From: Hyalangium minutum
Lineage (GTDB): Bacteria; Myxococcota; Myxococcia; Myxococcales; Myxococcaceae
DNA: 248,000 nucleotides
NCBI RefSeq assembly: GCF_000737315.1
Contig: NZ_JMCB01000002.1
Coordinates: 20,001-268,000, forward strand
Direction of reading: 5' to 3'
Below the pieces are notes generated by a model. It saw only the letters and a list, made by a program, of their open reading frames with translations. It did no database searches and was not told the DNA's origin. A program made the translations under genes and the position numbers. Below are positions 41,474 to 53,814 of the stretch, piece after piece (position 1 is the first letter of the stretch; the number at the start of each line of letters is the position of its first letter).

Positions 41474-42163
41474 ATGCCTGATTCTCTCACGGTTGCCCCT
41501 ACCTCGGACCCGCGCCGCGTGCGCGCCCCTGACGGAACCCTCCTCTCCCCGCCCTCCGGCTGGGCCTTGCTGCCTCCCGGAGACGCCGGGCTCACGCGGC
41601 GGGTGAAGGCCGCCGGCCCGAGCTGGACGGTGGTGGAGAAGAAGGGCCGCAAGACGTTCTCCCAGGGCATCTGGGCCCCCGAGGCCCACATCTCCGCCGC
41701 CCGCGCCGCGCTCGAGGCCGAGCGTGCCACCCCCGCCTACGCCAAGCGCCGCGCCTCGGATGCCGCCCGCCGCGAGCGCGAGCAGGCCGAGTACGAGGTG
41801 GACTTCGCCAACTCCGTGCTGCGCTTCCTCGCCTTCGCGCCCACTTTCACCGCGCACGCCAAGCGGCTGGCCGTCCTGGTGTCGGTCCACGCCACCCCCG
41901 TGGGCAGTGGCACCGTGGCGCGCACCGAGCGCATCCCCATCGAGCGCCGCGCCGAGGCCGCCGTCATCGCCTGGCTGCGCCACCAGACCACCCGCTATGA
42001 CGACATGAGCATCGCCCGGGTGAAGGGCGCCCGCCGCGAGGTGCGCCGCGAGCTGGCCGAGGTGTCTCGTGCCCTGCTCGACGTGCACCGCCGGGATGCG
42101 CCTCACCCCGCCGCGAGCTGCCCCCTGTGCACCGCCATCGAGAACCCTCGCAAGCCGGAGTAG
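41474..42163 (+). CDS. DUF2293 domain protein
   Basis: AVIAWLRHQTTRYD. Confidence 0.8.
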   Translation: MPDSLTVAPTSDPRRVRAPDGTLLSPPSGWALLPPGDAGLTRRVKAAGPSWTVVEKKGRKTFSQGIWAPEAHISAARAALEAERATPAYAKRRASDAARREREQAEYEVDFANSVLRFLAFAPTFTAHAKRLAVLVSVHATPVGSGTVARTERIPIERRAEAAVIAWLRHQTTRYDDMSIARVKGARREVRRELAEVSRALLDVHRRDAPHPAASCPLCTAIENPRKPE

Positions 42164-42293
42164 CAGCTTCAGCGGAAAGGTGTGTCTGACTGGAAACGGG
42201 TTCCTCCGTTGCGGGCGGGCGTGCGTCCAGGGGCCCGCGTGGCCGAGTGCCCTGGCCCGTGGCGAAGGGCGGTGAGATCCGGGACCCCCCACC

Positions 42294-43463
42294 TTGGCGA
42301 TGCCCTACCTACCAGGGTACGAAGGGGCCGCACTCGCACGCTTTGAGGAAACCATGACGCCCTTCAGGACTCCGTCCGTTGCCCGCGTTCTTGCCGCTGC
42401 CGTGGCCCTGGGCTCGGCCCTCTCGCTGTCCGCATGTGGCAAGGCGGAGGCCGCGGAGCAGGCACCCGCCACGGGCGCCGCGGCGGCTGTCCCGGTGGTG
42501 AAGCTCACCGAGTCCCGCACCGCGCAGGCCACTCCGAGCGAGGAGGTGACGGGCACCCTCTATCCCTCCCAGGCGCTGCAGGTGGGCTTCGAGGTGGGCG
42601 GCCGGCTGGAGACGGTGCTGGTGAAGAAGGGGCAGGCGGTGAAGAAGGGCCAGGTGCTGGCCACGCTCAATGGGGAGATCGCCGACGCCCAGGTGGCGCA
42701 GGCCGAGGCCGCCGTGGCCGCCGCCGAGGCCGGTGCCGCCATCGCCGAGGACGTGGCCACCCGCACCTCGAAGCTTCAGGAGGCGGGCGGCGTGAGCGAG
42801 CTGCAGAACCGCACCTCCACCACCACCGCGCAGCAGGCCAAGGCGCAGGTGCTGGCCGCCAAGGCGCAGCTGTCGCAGGCCCGCGCGGCCCGCCGCCGCC
42901 ACGAGCTCAAGGCTCCCTTCGCCGGTACCCTCATCGACGCGCCCGAGCAGGTGGGCGCCACGGTGGCCCCGGGCGTGCCGCTGTTCACCCTGGAGTCGCT
43001 GGAGACGCTGGTGCTCAAGACGACGGTGGCCCAGCCGGTGCGCGGCGTGCTCAAGCCGGGCAGCAAGGTCCGCGTGGAGGCCGTGGGCGCGGGCACCTCC
43101 ACGGATGCCGCCGCGGTGAGCCTCATCCTCCCCTCCGCGGATCCGGCCACCCGCCGCATCCCCGTGGAGATCACCGTGCCCAACGCGGACGGCCGCTTCG
43201 TGGCCCACACGCTGGCCAAGGCCGTGCTCACCGTGGGCGAGCTGCAGGACGTGCACGTGCTCCCTGTCTCCGCGGTCTCCGCGGCCAACGGGGGGGATCA
43301 TGTCTACGTGGTGTCCTCCGCGGGCGAGGTGCGCCGCGTGGACGTGCAGATCATCGAGCGCCGGGCCCGCGAGGTGGTGGTGAAGGCCGCCTCGCCGCTG
43401 TCCAAGGTGATCGACTACCCCACCGCGGGCCTCCAGGACGGGGCCCGTGTCTCCGTGAAGTAG
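42294..43463 (+). CDS. RND efflux membrane fusion protein
   Basis: Lipoyl-like VKKGQ..GQVL; APFAG. Confidence 0.9.
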   Translation: MAMPYLPGYEGAALARFEETMTPFRTPSVARVLAAAVALGSALSLSACGKAEAAEQAPATGAAAAVPVVKLTESRTAQATPSEEVTGTLYPSQALQVGFEVGGRLETVLVKKGQAVKKGQVLATLNGEIADAQVAQAEAAVAAAEAGAAIAEDVATRTSKLQEAGGVSELQNRTSTTTAQQAKAQVLAAKAQLSQARAARRRHELKAPFAGTLIDAPEQVGATVAPGVPLFTLESLETLVLKTTVAQPVRGVLKPGSKVRVEAVGAGTSTDAAAVSLILPSADPATRRIPVEITVPNADGRFVAHTLAKAVLTVGELQDVHVLPVSAVSAANGGDHVYVVSSAGEVRRVDVQIIERRAREVVVKAASPLSKVIDYPTAGLQDGARVSVK

Positions 43464-43505
43464 GCCGCTGCTCTTCCGTTCCCTCGCAGCCTTCGCGAGC
43501 CTCCC

Positions 43506-46500
43506 ATGCTCCTGAGTGATGTCTCCATCCGCCGGCCCGTCTTCACGGGCATGATGTGCCTGTGCCTCACTGTCCTAGGGTTGATGGGGTTCAACCGCCT
43601 GGGGACGGATCTCTACCCGGAGATGGCGTTCCCCTTCGTGGTGGTCAACACCGTCTACCCAGGCGCGGGGCCAGGCGAAATCGAGACTCAGGTCATCAAG
43701 CCCATCGAGGACGCGGTGGCCGGCATCAGCGGCGTGGAGACCATCCACTCCTGGAGCCGCGAGAACTTGGGCACGGTGGCGGTGCAGTTCTCGCTGAACG
43801 TGGAGCTGGACGCCTCGGTGCAGGAGGTGCGCGACAAAGTGGCCAACGTGGCCAACGAGCTACCCCTGGACGCGGAGGCGCCCGTGGTCAGCGCCGTGGA
43901 CATCGGGGCCATCCCGATCCTCACGTACACCGTGTCCGCCGAGCTGCCCTCCCAGGAGCTGCGCAAGCTCGTCGAAGATCGCATCAAGCCGGCGCTGGCT
44001 CAGTTGGAGGGTGCCGCCGAGGTGCGCATCACCGGCGGTGACGTGCGGGAGATCCAGGTGGACATCGACCTGGAGAAGGCCAAGGCCCTGGGCGTGACGC
44101 CCATCGAGATTGCCCAGCGCATTGGCATGGAGAACCTGAACTTGCCGGCGGGCCGGCTGCAGCTGGCAGCCACCGAGCTGACGGTGCGCGCGCTCGGGCA
44201 GTTCCGCAACGTGGAGGAGCTGCGCGCCCTGCCCGTGGCCAAGAGCCGCAACGGCGCGCAGGTGCGCCTGGACGAGGTGGCCACGGTGACCGACGGGGTG
44301 GCCGAGCGCCGCACCACGGCGCGCCTCAACAGCCGTGACGCCATCATCGTCGAGCTGGTGAAGCAGCCGGGCGCCAACACGGTGAAGGTGAGCGACCAGG
44401 TGAAGAAGAAGCTGGAGGAAATCTCTCCCTTCATCGGCCATGGCTTCAAGGCCACGCTGCTCATCGACCAGTCGGGGCTCATCCGCGAGAACGCCAAGGA
44501 GGTGTGGATCGCCCTCGTCTTCGGTGGCGCCATGGCGGTGCTCATCATCCTGTGCTTCCTGCTGGACCTGCGCGGCACCCTCATCTCGTCGCTGGCGCTG
44601 CCCACCTCCGTGGTGGGCACCTTCTTCGTGATGTACCTGCTGGGCTACACGCTCAACCAGATGACGCTGCTGGCGCTGTCGCTGGCCATCGGCCTGCTCA
44701 TCGACGACGCGGTGGTGGTGCGCGAGGCCATCACCCACCGGCTGGAGAAGGGCGAGGAGCCGATGTCCGCCGCCTCGAACGGCACCAAGGACGTGGGCCT
44801 GGCGGTGCTGGCGACCACCTTCTCGCTCATCGCGGTGTTCGTCCCCGTGGGCTTCATGCCGGGCCTGGTGGGCCAGTTCTTCAAGCAGTTCGGCCTCACC
44901 ATCTCCGTAGCGGTGCTCGTCTCCCTGTTCATCTCCTTCACGCTGGACCCGGCGCTGTCGGCCCGGTTCGCCAAGGCGCGCAAGCCCGGCGAGGTGCACC
45001 GTCACGGCGCGGTGGCGTCCGCCATCCGCAACGTGCTGGATGGCTCCGAGCGCCTCTACGCGCGCATCCTGGGCTGGGTGCTGTCCAACAAGTGGAAGAC
45101 GATAGGCATCACCCTGCTGGTGGTGGTGGGCTCGTTCGCCGCTGCCAGCCGCCTGGGCATGGAGAACCTGCCGGCGGAGGACCGCTCGCAGTTCCTCGTG
45201 GACCTGCAGCTGCCGGACTCGGCCAGCCTGGCGGAGACGGAGGCGCGCACCGCCCAGGCCGAGGCGCTCATCCAGCGCGTCTCCGACGTGAACGACCTCT
45301 ACAGCATCGTCGGTCTCAACGGCGACGTGTACAAGGCGCGCATCCGCGTGCTCACCCAGCCCAAGGCGGCGCGCAAGCGGAGCCTCCAGGACATCAAGGA
45401 GGAGGTGCGCGGGCTGCTGACGTCCGGGCTCATCGCCACGCAGGTGAACATGTCGGATCCGCCCATGATCGAGGGGCTCGGAGACTGGTACCCCATCATG
45501 CTGCGCGTCACCGGCCCGGATCTGGCCGTGGTGAACGCGGAGGCCCAGCGCGTGGCGCAGACCCTGCGGGAGATTCCGGGCACCTCGGACATCCGCGTGG
45601 AGGCCAACCCCTCCAAGCCCGAGCTGCAGATCCAGATTGACCGGGCGCGCTCCTCGGACGCGGACCTGAGCGCCGCGAACCTGGCCACGCAGCTCCGGCT
45701 GGCCATTGGCGGAGAAGTGGCGGCCAAGCTGCGCGAGGGCACGGACGAGACGGACATCCGCGTGCGGTTGGAGGAGCAGGACCGGGCCACGCCCGAGAAG
45801 GTGCGGCAAATCGAGGTGTACACCCCGCGCGGCCCGCGGCCGGTGACGGACGTGGCAGAGGTGAGCCTGAAGGACGGGCCGAGCGTCATCGAGCATGAGA
45901 ACCGCCAGCGGACGATCGCCGTCATCTCTCAGGTGGCCCCGGGCGCGGCGCTGGGAGACATCGCCACGAAGCTCCGGGCGGCCATGGCGGCCAAGCCTCT
46001 GTCGGCGGGCTACACCCTCATCTACGACGGCCAGATCAAGAGCCTGGACGAGCAGACTGCGGCCTTCGGCTCGGCCCTGGGGCTCTCGTTCATCTTCATC
46101 TTCATGGTGCTGGCCAGCCAGTTCGAGTCCCTCAAGCACCCCTTCACCATCATGGTGGCGCTGCCGCTGGCGCTGGTGGGCGCGCTGCTGGCGCTGGTGG
46201 TGACGGGCAACCACATGTCCATGGGCGCGACCATTGGCATCATCCTGCTGATGGGCCTGGTGACGAAGAACGCCATCCTCCTGGTGGACGCGGCACTGCA
46301 GAACCTGCGCGCCGGGGACAGCGTGGACGAGGCGCTGCTGAAGGCGGGCCCGCGGCGCCTGCGGCCCATCCTCATGACGAGCGCGGCCATGGTCATCGCC
46401 ATGGTGCCCACGGCGGTGGGCACGGGCCTGGGCTCGGAGTTCCGCTCGGCCATGGCCATCGCGGTCATCGGTGGCGTCATCACCTCCACCTTCCTCACGC

Positions 46501-46640
46501 TGCTGGTGGTGCCGGTGGTGTTCGCGGGCCTGGAGCGCGTGGGCTTCCGCCGCAAGCCACGCAGCGGGTCCGGGGGAGGGGTGACACAGGCCGCGCAGGT
46601 GACGCACGTCTCGCCCCAGTCGGACGACAAGGCCGCCTGA
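43506..46640 (+). CDS. RND efflux permease (AcrB family)
   Basis: SIRRPV; DDAVVVRE; RLRPILMT. Confidence 0.95.
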   Translation: MLLSDVSIRRPVFTGMMCLCLTVLGLMGFNRLGTDLYPEMAFPFVVVNTVYPGAGPGEIETQVIKPIEDAVAGISGVETIHSWSRENLGTVAVQFSLNVELDASVQEVRDKVANVANELPLDAEAPVVSAVDIGAIPILTYTVSAELPSQELRKLVEDRIKPALAQLEGAAEVRITGGDVREIQVDIDLEKAKALGVTPIEIAQRIGMENLNLPAGRLQLAATELTVRALGQFRNVEELRALPVAKSRNGAQVRLDEVATVTDGVAERRTTARLNSRDAIIVELVKQPGANTVKVSDQVKKKLEEISPFIGHGFKATLLIDQSGLIRENAKEVWIALVFGGAMAVLIILCFLLDLRGTLISSLALPTSVVGTFFVMYLLGYTLNQMTLLALSLAIGLLIDDAVVVREAITHRLEKGEEPMSAASNGTKDVGLAVLATTFSLIAVFVPVGFMPGLVGQFFKQFGLTISVAVLVSLFISFTLDPALSARFAKARKPGEVHRHGAVASAIRNVLDGSERLYARILGWVLSNKWKTIGITLLVVVGSFAAASRLGMENLPAEDRSQFLVDLQLPDSASLAETEARTAQAEALIQRVSDVNDLYSIVGLNGDVYKARIRVLTQPKAARKRSLQDIKEEVRGLLTSGLIATQVNMSDPPMIEGLGDWYPIMLRVTGPDLAVVNAEAQRVAQTLREIPGTSDIRVEANPSKPELQIQIDRARSSDADLSAANLATQLRLAIGGEVAAKLREGTDETDIRVRLEEQDRATPEKVRQIEVYTPRGPRPVTDVAEVSLKDGPSVIEHENRQRTIAVISQVAPGAALGDIATKLRAAMAAKPLSAGYTLIYDGQIKSLDEQTAAFGSALGLSFIFIFMVLASQFESLKHPFTIMVALPLALVGALLALVVTGNHMSMGATIGIILLMGLVTKNAILLVDAALQNLRAGDSVDEALLKAGPRRLRPILMTSAAMVIAMVPTAVGTGLGSEFRSAMAIAVIGGVITSTFLTLLVVPVVFAGLERVGFRRKPRSGSGGGVTQAAQVTHVSPQSDDKAA

Positions 46641-46682
46641 GCCGGCCGGTCCGCCTCGGGCGCTGTGAGACGCCGCTCTGCC

Positions 46683-47432
46683 TCAGCCCGGGTAGAGCGG
46701 CGTCATCTTGTCGAGGATGGAGTTGAACAGGCGCTGGCCCTCCGGCGTGTCCGGGCACAGCCCGCCCCAGACGAGCGTGGTGCGATCGGCCATCGGCCGG
46801 AAGTACATCTTCCCGCGCATCCGCACGGGCTCGTAGCTCTCGCGCTGCTCGGAGAGGAAGCTCTCCTCGGGCACTCCGAAGACGGCGTAGTAGGTGAGGT
46901 CCGGCGTCACCGCGTCCTTCAGCCGGTGCAGGCCGCTGGGGATGATGCAGGCCACCTCGGCGGTGTGCCAGGGGCCCTCCTTGCCGCTGGTGGCCTCCTC
47001 CACGCGGAAGCACATCCGCGAGGGCGGGCAGCCCAGGTTGCCCGCGGTGAGGAAGTTGTAGTCCAGCCACGGCACCTCGAGCATCTCGTCCAGGTTGGGG
47101 CGCCCATCCCGGCGGAACCCCCACGGGCTCCCGTCCGGCTTGTACGCGCGCACCCCGTAGGCGCCGTAGAAGACGTTGTACCAGGGGCTTGCGGGGTCAA
47201 AGTAGCTGGAGCAGCCCCGGCCGTCGGTGAAGTCTCCGATGGAGAAGACCACTATCAAGTCAAACAGCCGCCGCAAGTCCTCGGCCATGAAGGGCTCATG
47301 GCCCACCGCGCCAATGGAACCTGTCAGGTGGGGAACAGGCGTGAGCACTCCTGAGTCGGCCAGGAAGTTCTTCTGGCCCGGCAGCGGCGTGGCGCGCAAG
47401 GCCATGGCGGCCAGCTCTCTTTGAAGACCCAT
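46683..47432 (-). CDS. Hypothetical protein
   Basis: ORF with coding-like codon usage. Confidence 0.5.
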   Translation of the reverse strand: MGLQRELAAMALRATPLPGQKNFLADSGVLTPVPHLTGSIGAVGHEPFMAEDLRRLFDLIVVFSIGDFTDGRGCSSYFDPASPWYNVFYGAYGVRAYKPDGSPWGFRRDGRPNLDEMLEVPWLDYNFLTAGNLGCPPSRMCFRVEEATSGKEGPWHTAEVACIIPSGLHRLKDAVTPDLTYYAVFGVPEESFLSEQRESYEPVRMRGKMYFRPMADRTTLVWGGLCPDTPEGQRLFNSILDKMTPLYPG

Positions 47433-47474
47433 GAGACCCTCCAGGAAGCGAGCGGACGAGGGTAAACTACTCGC

Positions 47475-48026
47475 ATGCAGGAGAAGCTGGTCTTCGATCA
47501 GACCCTCGAAGGTCTGTTCGTCCGAGGACTGGACGGCCGGGTGACCCCAACACTCAAGCTGCACTTGAGGGAGGTGGGAGTGGACCTCGACCGCAAGCTT
47601 CTGCCTGCCTACCCCTTCGAGACGTGGTGCTCCTGTGTGCGTGTAGCTGCGCAAACGCTGTATGCGGAGACGCCCCAGGAAGAGGCCTACCGCGAGCTGG
47701 GGGAGCGGATGGTGGACGGCTACCGGGGGACGATGATGGGGCGGGCGCTGTTCAGCGTGCTCCAGCTGCTGGGCCCCCGGCGGGTGCTGAGCCGGGTGCA
47801 GCAGAGCTTCCGCTCGGGAAACAACTACACGGAGGTTCGCACCGAGGACTTGGGCCCGACTCACCTGCGGCTGTGGGTGAACGAGGCCGGGCCCACCCGC
47901 TATTTGATGCAGGGCGCCATCCTGGCGGGCATGCGAGGGTGTGGCGTCCAGGAAGCCCAGGTGCGGGTGCGCGGCTTCACCGCCGAGGACGTCACCTTCG
48001 AGGTGGAGTGGCGGGAGAAGGGCTGA
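47475..48026 (+). CDS. DUF2378 (TIGR02265) family protein
   Basis: LVFDQTLEGLF; SFRSGNNY. Confidence 0.85.
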   Translation: MQEKLVFDQTLEGLFVRGLDGRVTPTLKLHLREVGVDLDRKLLPAYPFETWCSCVRVAAQTLYAETPQEEAYRELGERMVDGYRGTMMGRALFSVLQLLGPRRVLSRVQQSFRSGNNYTEVRTEDLGPTHLRLWVNEAGPTRYLMQGAILAGMRGCGVQEAQVRVRGFTAEDVTFEVEWREKG

Positions 48027-48133
48027 GCCTGGCCCCTCGTGCAGCAGGCGACGTGGCGTGAACTCTTCAGGGGCCGTTGAGAGGGCGCGGTGATAAGGAC
48101 CTTCTGACTGTTCTCTGGAGTCAGGCCTATCCC

Positions 48134-51100
48134 ATGTCCAGGATGATGTCCGTGCGGGGTTACCCCGCCCTCTCCCAGTTCCGCAGGGACAAGCTGCTCG
48201 CCCTGTGCCGCGAGCACGTGCCCGAGGCGGCCTCCGTCTACGCGGAGTACATGCACTTCATCGACACCTCGTCCGAGATGTCCGAGGACGAGAAGTCCGT
48301 GCTGTACCGCCTGCTCGAGTATGGCCCGCGCATTCCGCAGGGCGTGTGGACAGGCAGCCGGCTCATCGTCATTCCGCGGCCCGGGACGATGACGCCCTGG
48401 TCCTCGAAGGCGACGGACATCGCGCGGAGCTGTGGCCTGGAGCGGGTGAAGCGCATCGAGCGAGGGCTGTGTTTCTTCGTCCATGACAGCGAGGAAGGCC
48501 CGCTGACGCGCGAGCAGATGGAGCGCCTGAAGCACGTGCTGTACGACCGGATGACGCAGACGGTGATCTGGCGGATGGAGGATGCCGCGCAGCTCTTCGC
48601 TGATCACCCGCAGCGGCCGCTCTCCACGGTGGACGTGCTGGGAGGAGGCCGGCCCGCGCTGGTGGCGGCCAACCAGGAGCTGGGGCTGGCGCTGGCGGAC
48701 GACGAGGTGGACTACCTGGTGGCGCGCTTCGGCGAGCTGAAGCGGAACCCCACGGACGTCGAGCTGATGATGTTCGCGCAGGCGAACAGCGAGCACTGCC
48801 GGCACAAGATCTTCAACGCGAGCTGGACCATCGATGGCAAGCCGCAGGAGCGCTCGCTGTTCCAGGCCATCAAGAACACGTACGCGGCGCACAGCGAAGG
48901 CGTGCTGTCGGCGTACAAGGACAACGCGGCGGTGATCCAGGGTGTGGAGGCGGAGCGCTTCTTCCCGGATCCGGAGACGGGCGAGTGGCGTTCACGGCGT
49001 GAGCCCACGCACGTGCTGATGAAGGTGGAGACGCACAACCACCCGACGGCCATCTCTCCGTATCCGGGGGCGGCGACGGGAGCGGGCGGGGAGATCCGCG
49101 ACGAGGGCGCCACGGGGCGGGGCGCGAAGCCGAAGGCGGGGCTCACGGGCTTCTCGGTGTCGCACCTGCGCATTCCGGGCTACGAGCGGCCCTGGGAGAA
49201 GGCCTACGGCAAGCCGGTGCGGATTGTCTCCGCGCTGGACATCATGCTGGAGGGGCCGATTGGCGGGGCGGCGTACAACAACGAGTTCGGTCGGCCGAAC
49301 TTGTGCGGCTACTTCCGCAGCTTCGAGGCGCAGGTGTCCACGCCGGAGGGTATGGAGGTGCGCGGGTACCACAAGCCCATCATGATTGCGGGCGGCCTGG
49401 GCAACATCCGGCCGCAGCACGTGCAGAAGGGGAAGCTGCGGGCGGGGGACAAGATCGTCGTGCTCGGCGGGCCGGCGATGCTGATTGGCCTGGGCGGAGG
49501 GGCGGCCTCGTCCATGGCGCAGGGCTCGAGCGCGGCGGACCTGGACTTCGCCTCGGTGCAGCGGGACAACGCGGAGATGGAGCGGCGGTGCCAGGAGGTG
49601 ATCGACCGCTGCTGGGCGCTGGGGGAGCTGAACCCCATCCGGTCCATCCACGACGTGGGGGCAGGCGGTCTGTCGAACGCGGTGCCCGAGCTGGTGCACG
49701 ACAACGCGCTGGGCGGGCACTTCGAGCTGCGGGCAATTCCGAACGCGGAGCCGGGGATGTCCCCGGTGGAGATTTGGTGCAACGAGGCGCAGGAGCGCTA
49801 CGTGCTGGCGGTGGCGCCGGAGGACCTGGAGCGCTTCGCGGCGCTGTGTGAGCGGGAGCGCGCGCCGTACGCGGTGCTGGGAGAGGCCACGGCGGAGCAG
49901 GCGCTGAAGCTGGGGGACTGGCACTTCGGCAATACGCCGATCAACCTGCCGATGGACGTGCTGTTCGGCAAGCCGCCGAAGATGCACCGGGACGTGAAGT
50001 CTCGGCCGCTGACGCACGTGCCGGTGAGGCTGGACGGAGCGGAGCTGGGGGACATGGTAGCGCGGGTGCTGGAGCACCCGACGGTGGCGGACAAGTCGTT
50101 CCTCGTCACGATTGGGGATCGGACGGTGTCGGGGCAGACGGCGCGGGATCAGATGGTGGGCCCGTGGCAGGTGCCGGTGGCGGACTGCGCGGTGACGGCG
50201 ACGACCATCACCAGCCACACGGGCGAGGCCATGGCAATGGGAGAGCGGACGCCGCTGGCGCTCATCAGCGCGGCGGCCTCGGCGCGGATGGCGGTGGGCG
50301 AGGCGGTGACGAACATCGCGGCGGCGCGCATCGAGAAGCTGTCGGACGTGAAGCTGTCGGCGAACTGGATGGCGGCGGCGGGGAGCCCGGGCGAGGACGC
50401 GAACCTCTACGCTGCGGTGCACGCGGTGGGGATGGAGCTGTGTCCGTCGCTGGGGCTGACCATTCCGGTAGGCAAGGACTCGATGTCCATGCGCACGGCG
50501 TGGGAGGAGAAGGGTGGACGCAAGGCGGTGGTGGCGCCGGTGTCGCTCATCGTCTCGGCGTTCGCGCCGGTGGTGGACGTGCGGCAGTCGTTGACGCCGC
50601 AGCTGCGCGAGCCGGCTGGAGACACGCGGCTGCTCTTCATCGACTTGGCGAAGGGGCGGCAGCGGCTGGGTGGCTCGGTGCTGGCGCAGGTCTACGAGCA
50701 GGTGGGGGCGGAGTGCCCGGACGTGGAGGATCCGGCGCTGCTGCGAGGGTTCTTCGCGGCGCTGCAGGAGCTGAACGCGGCGGGGCGGGTGCTGGCGTAC
50801 CACGACCGCTCGGATGGAGGTCTGCTGGCGACGCTGGCGGAGATGGCGTTCGCGGGCCACTGCGGGCTGGACGTGGACGTGGCGGCGCTCGGAGGGGAGG
50901 CTCCTGCGGCTCTCTTCAACGAGGAACTGGGAGCGGTGCTGCAGGTGCGCGCGGCGGACGTGGGGAGCGTGCGCGAGGTGCTGGTGCGGCACGGGGCGCT
51001 GGTGCACGAGCTGGGGCGGCCTCGGGCGGAGCTGGAGGTGCGGCTGCGGCAGGGCGGGAAGACGCTGCTCGAGGTGCCGACGATGGCGCTGCGGCATTAC

Positions 51101-52036
51101 TGGTCGCGCGTCAGCTACGAGATGCAGAAGCTGCGGGACAACCCGCGCTGCGCGGAGGAGGAGTACGCGGCGAAGTGCGACCCGGACGATCCGGGCCTGT
51201 CGCCGAAGCTCACGTTCGATCCGAAGGAGGACGTCGCGGCGCCGTACATTGCCAAGGGGGCGAAGCCTCGGGTGGCAGTGCTGCGTGAGCAGGGTGTGAA
51301 CAGCCAGATGGAGATGGCGGCGGCGTTCACGCGTGCGGGCTTTGCGGCGGTGGACGTGCACATGAGCGACGTGCTGGCCGGGCGCGTGTCGCTGAAGGAC
51401 TTCAAGGGCGTGCTGGCGTGCGGAGGGTTCTCCTTCGGCGACGTGCTGGGAGCCGGTGGAGGGTGGGCGAAGTCCATCCTCTTCAACCCCAGGGCGCGGG
51501 ACGAGTTCTCGGCGTTCTTCGCGCGGCCGGACAGCTTCGGGCTGGGCATCTGCAACGGTTGCCAGATGATGGCGCAGCTGAAGGAGATCATCCCGGGAGC
51601 GGATCACTTCCCGCGCTTCGTGAGGAACGCGTCAGAGCAATTCGAAGCGCGGCTGTCCCTGGTGGAGGTAGCGGAGAGCCCCTCGCTGTTCTTCAAGGGG
51701 ATGGCAGGGAGCCGGATGCTGATCGCCGTGTCGCACGGTGAGGGGTTCGCGGAGTTCCCCAACCGGGAGGAGGCGGCACGGGTGAACGGGCTCGGCCTGG
51801 TGACGGCGCGCTTCGTGGACAACCACGGTCAGGTGACGGAGAAGTACCCGGCGAACCCGAACGGCTCACCGTTTGGCCTGTGCGGACTGACGACGGTGGA
51901 CGGGCGTTTCACGCTGATGATGCCGCATCCGGAGCGGGTGCACCGGACGGTGCAGCACTCGTGGCATCCGGACAGCTGGGGCGAGGACGGCCCGTGGATG
52001 CGCCTGTTCCGCAACGCCCGGGCGTGGCTGGGCTAA
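48134..52036 (+). CDS. purL: Phosphoribosylformylglycinamidine synthase (large single-chain type)
   Basis: NSEHCRHK; ETHNHP; GICNGCQ; MPHPER. Confidence 0.97.
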   Translation: MSRMMSVRGYPALSQFRRDKLLALCREHVPEAASVYAEYMHFIDTSSEMSEDEKSVLYRLLEYGPRIPQGVWTGSRLIVIPRPGTMTPWSSKATDIARSCGLERVKRIERGLCFFVHDSEEGPLTREQMERLKHVLYDRMTQTVIWRMEDAAQLFADHPQRPLSTVDVLGGGRPALVAANQELGLALADDEVDYLVARFGELKRNPTDVELMMFAQANSEHCRHKIFNASWTIDGKPQERSLFQAIKNTYAAHSEGVLSAYKDNAAVIQGVEAERFFPDPETGEWRSRREPTHVLMKVETHNHPTAISPYPGAATGAGGEIRDEGATGRGAKPKAGLTGFSVSHLRIPGYERPWEKAYGKPVRIVSALDIMLEGPIGGAAYNNEFGRPNLCGYFRSFEAQVSTPEGMEVRGYHKPIMIAGGLGNIRPQHVQKGKLRAGDKIVVLGGPAMLIGLGGGAASSMAQGSSAADLDFASVQRDNAEMERRCQEVIDRCWALGELNPIRSIHDVGAGGLSNAVPELVHDNALGGHFELRAIPNAEPGMSPVEIWCNEAQERYVLAVAPEDLERFAALCERERAPYAVLGEATAEQALKLGDWHFGNTPINLPMDVLFGKPPKMHRDVKSRPLTHVPVRLDGAELGDMVARVLEHPTVADKSFLVTIGDRTVSGQTARDQMVGPWQVPVADCAVTATTITSHTGEAMAMGERTPLALISAAASARMAVGEAVTNIAAARIEKLSDVKLSANWMAAAGSPGEDANLYAAVHAVGMELCPSLGLTIPVGKDSMSMRTAWEEKGGRKAVVAPVSLIVSAFAPVVDVRQSLTPQLREPAGDTRLLFIDLAKGRQRLGGSVLAQVYEQVGAECPDVEDPALLRGFFAALQELNAAGRVLAYHDRSDGGLLATLAEMAFAGHCGLDVDVAALGGEAPAALFNEELGAVLQVRAADVGSVREVLVRHGALVHELGRPRAELEVRLRQGGKTLLEVPTMALRHYWSRVSYEMQKLRDNPRCAEEEYAAKCDPDDPGLSPKLTFDPKEDVAAPYIAKGAKPRVAVLREQGVNSQMEMAAAFTRAGFAAVDVHMSDVLAGRVSLKDFKGVLACGGFSFGDVLGAGGGWAKSILFNPRARDEFSAFFARPDSFGLGICNGCQMMAQLKEIIPGADHFPRFVRNASEQFEARLSLVEVAESPSLFFKGMAGSRMLIAVSHGEGFAEFPNREEAARVNGLGLVTARFVDNHGQVTEKYPANPNGSPFGLCGLTTVDGRFTLMMPHPERVHRTVQHSWHPDSWGEDGPWMRLFRNARAWLG

Positions 52037-52053
52037 AGGACGGCTTCACGGGC

Positions 52054-52620
52054 TCAGGCCCGGTGGCTGCTCTCGCCCGTCACGACGGCTGAGCCGATCA
52101 GGTGCGCCAGCCGGAGCGGCTCCGGCACGTGCCCCCGATCCGTGACTCGCGCGAGCGCCTCGGCCACCTCGGAGGGCTCCGCTCCCTGCACCTGGAAGGT
52201 GAAGCCGCCTACCTGATGGATGGGGCCCGCCCGCCTCAACAATGCCAGACGTTGCTCTGCGCGGGGCAGTCGCCGCAGGGCTTGCTCCACGGCCGCCAGA
52301 TCCGGCATGCGCCGCATCACCGACACGCACGGACGCTTCAGGCGCGCCGCCAGCGCTGGCAGGTCCACCACGTTGAAGCCACCGAAGGCAATTCCATCCA
52401 GCAACACCAGGTGGAGCTGCGGGAGGAACTTGCCGCCCTCCAGCAGCCGGCACACCTCCTGTGTCGCCGTCCACCCGTCCTTGCGCACCCGTCCCCAGAC
52501 GAGCCCCTCGAAGCGCGTGCCGCTGCACACCACCCCCACCACGGGCACCACGGCACCCGGGCGGCGCTGGAAGGGCGCGTCGTCGAAGCCGATGACACGA
52601 GGCAAGCGGGGCAGTCGCAT
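52054..52620 (-). CDS. DUF99 family protein
   Basis: VIGFDDAPF; LDGIAFGGFNVVD; PEPLRLAH. Confidence 0.85.
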   Translation of the reverse strand: MRLPRLPRVIGFDDAPFQRRPGAVVPVVGVVCSGTRFEGLVWGRVRKDGWTATQEVCRLLEGGKFLPQLHLVLLDGIAFGGFNVVDLPALAARLKRPCVSVMRRMPDLAAVEQALRRLPRAEQRLALLRRAGPIHQVGGFTFQVQGAEPSEVAEALARVTDRGHVPEPLRLAHLIGSAVVTGESSHRA

Positions 52621-52641
52621 GGAAGGAGTCTGCGCTCTCTC

Positions 52642-52684
52642 AAAAAAACGGAAGCCCGACCACCGAGAAGGGGGCCGGGCTCCG
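52642..52684 (-). terminator. Probable terminator after cold-shock gene
   Basis: Imperfect GC stem plus T tract on minus strand. Confidence 0.5.
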
Positions 52685-52706
52685 GAACATCACCTGGGAG
52701 TGCGTC

Positions 52707-52910
52707 TCAGGCGGCGCGGACGTTCTGCGCCTGCAGGCCCTTGGGGCCCTTGGTGACCTCGAACTGCACCTTCTGGCCCTCGGCCAGCGTGCGGAAGCCA
52801 TCCATGTTGATCGCGGTGTGGTGGACGAACACGTCCTCACCTCCGCCATCCTGGGTGATGAAACCGAAGCCCTTCGCGTCGTTGAACCACTTCACAGTAC
52901 CAGTTGCCAT
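52707..52910 (-). CDS. Cold-shock protein
   Basis: [12 protein letters not shown]; VFVH. Confidence 0.97.
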   Translation of the reverse strand: MATGTVKWFNDAKGFGFITQDGGGEDVFVHHTAINMDGFRTLAEGQKVQFEVTKGPKGLQAQNVRAA

Positions 52911-53158
52911 GAACCTTCTTCTTTCGTTGCAAGGCGGCTTTCACCGCCCTTCATTCATACCCAGCACGCTGGGTGAGCGCTCACGTAGCCCGACTCTCCC
53001 AGAAAGTCGAGAGGGCGGCAGTGGAAGCGTCGAAAAAGAGGAGAGGCTGAACAGCTCTCCGTGAATATTCCAACACCAGAAGCAGGCAGGCACGCGTGGG
53101 TACGCGCGCGGGCGCCGAGTGCATAGCTTGAAGGGCTAAAACCTCTCAGGAGTCTCGG

Positions 53159-53707
53159 ATGGCCGAGCTGAACCCTCTCCAAGACACGCACCCCTCGCGG
53201 GAAAGCCTTTCACGCGCGGTCTCCCAGGCCCTGCGCCACGTTTGGGATCGCAGCGCCGCGGCAGGCATTGTCTCCCAGCCGCTCGCGGGAGGACGGCTGC
53301 CGCTGCGCCGCTGGCTGCCCCAGGGCGCACACTCGCTGCTCGATATCGCGGCGGGGGTGGCGGTGGCGCTCGCGGGACAGCTCTCCGGGGACCGCACAGC
53401 TCAGCGCGTCAGCCGGCTGTTGGGACTGAAGCTCGTGGGCACCACCCTGCTCACGGACAGCCAGGTGACGCTCTCTCGCCTGGTGCCCATCGAGCTGCAC
53501 GAGCTGGTGGACTACGGCTGGGGGCTCGCCACCCTGGCCGCGCCCTTCGTGGGGGGCTACGCGCGCAGGGCTCCTGGGGCCACGGCGGTGCACGTGCTGG
53601 CGGGAACGGCCGTCATCGTCGGCTCGCTCGTCACGGACTATCGCTGCCGCAGCGGCATGCACTTGGGCCACGAGCGCATCACGGATCCGGGGCCTCTCAG
53701 CGCATGA
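53159..53707 (+). CDS. SPW-repeat-like membrane protein
   Basis: HSLLD, HELVDY; paralog of 218311..218865. Confidence 0.55.
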   Translation: MAELNPLQDTHPSRESLSRAVSQALRHVWDRSAAAGIVSQPLAGGRLPLRRWLPQGAHSLLDIAAGVAVALAGQLSGDRTAQRVSRLLGLKLVGTTLLTDSQVTLSRLVPIELHELVDYGWGLATLAAPFVGGYARRAPGATAVHVLAGTAVIVGSLVTDYRCRSGMHLGHERITDPGPLSA

Positions 53708-53729
53708 GCGACCGAGGCGTGAGGCCCTG

Positions 53730-53769
53730 AAAAGCGAAGCGGCAGGGCACCCGGAGGCACCCTGCCGCT
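53730..53769 (-). terminator. Hairpin terminator after hppA
   Basis: agcggcaggg/ccctgccgct inverted repeat with adjacent A run. Confidence 0.6.
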
Positions 53770-53814
53770 CGTGAAGCTCAGGGAAGCGGGAGCCTCAGGC
53801 CCCCGCTCTCGGGA

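Noticed and set aside
48134-52036. Large single-chain PurL
   Set aside because: An ordinary known form of the enzyme.
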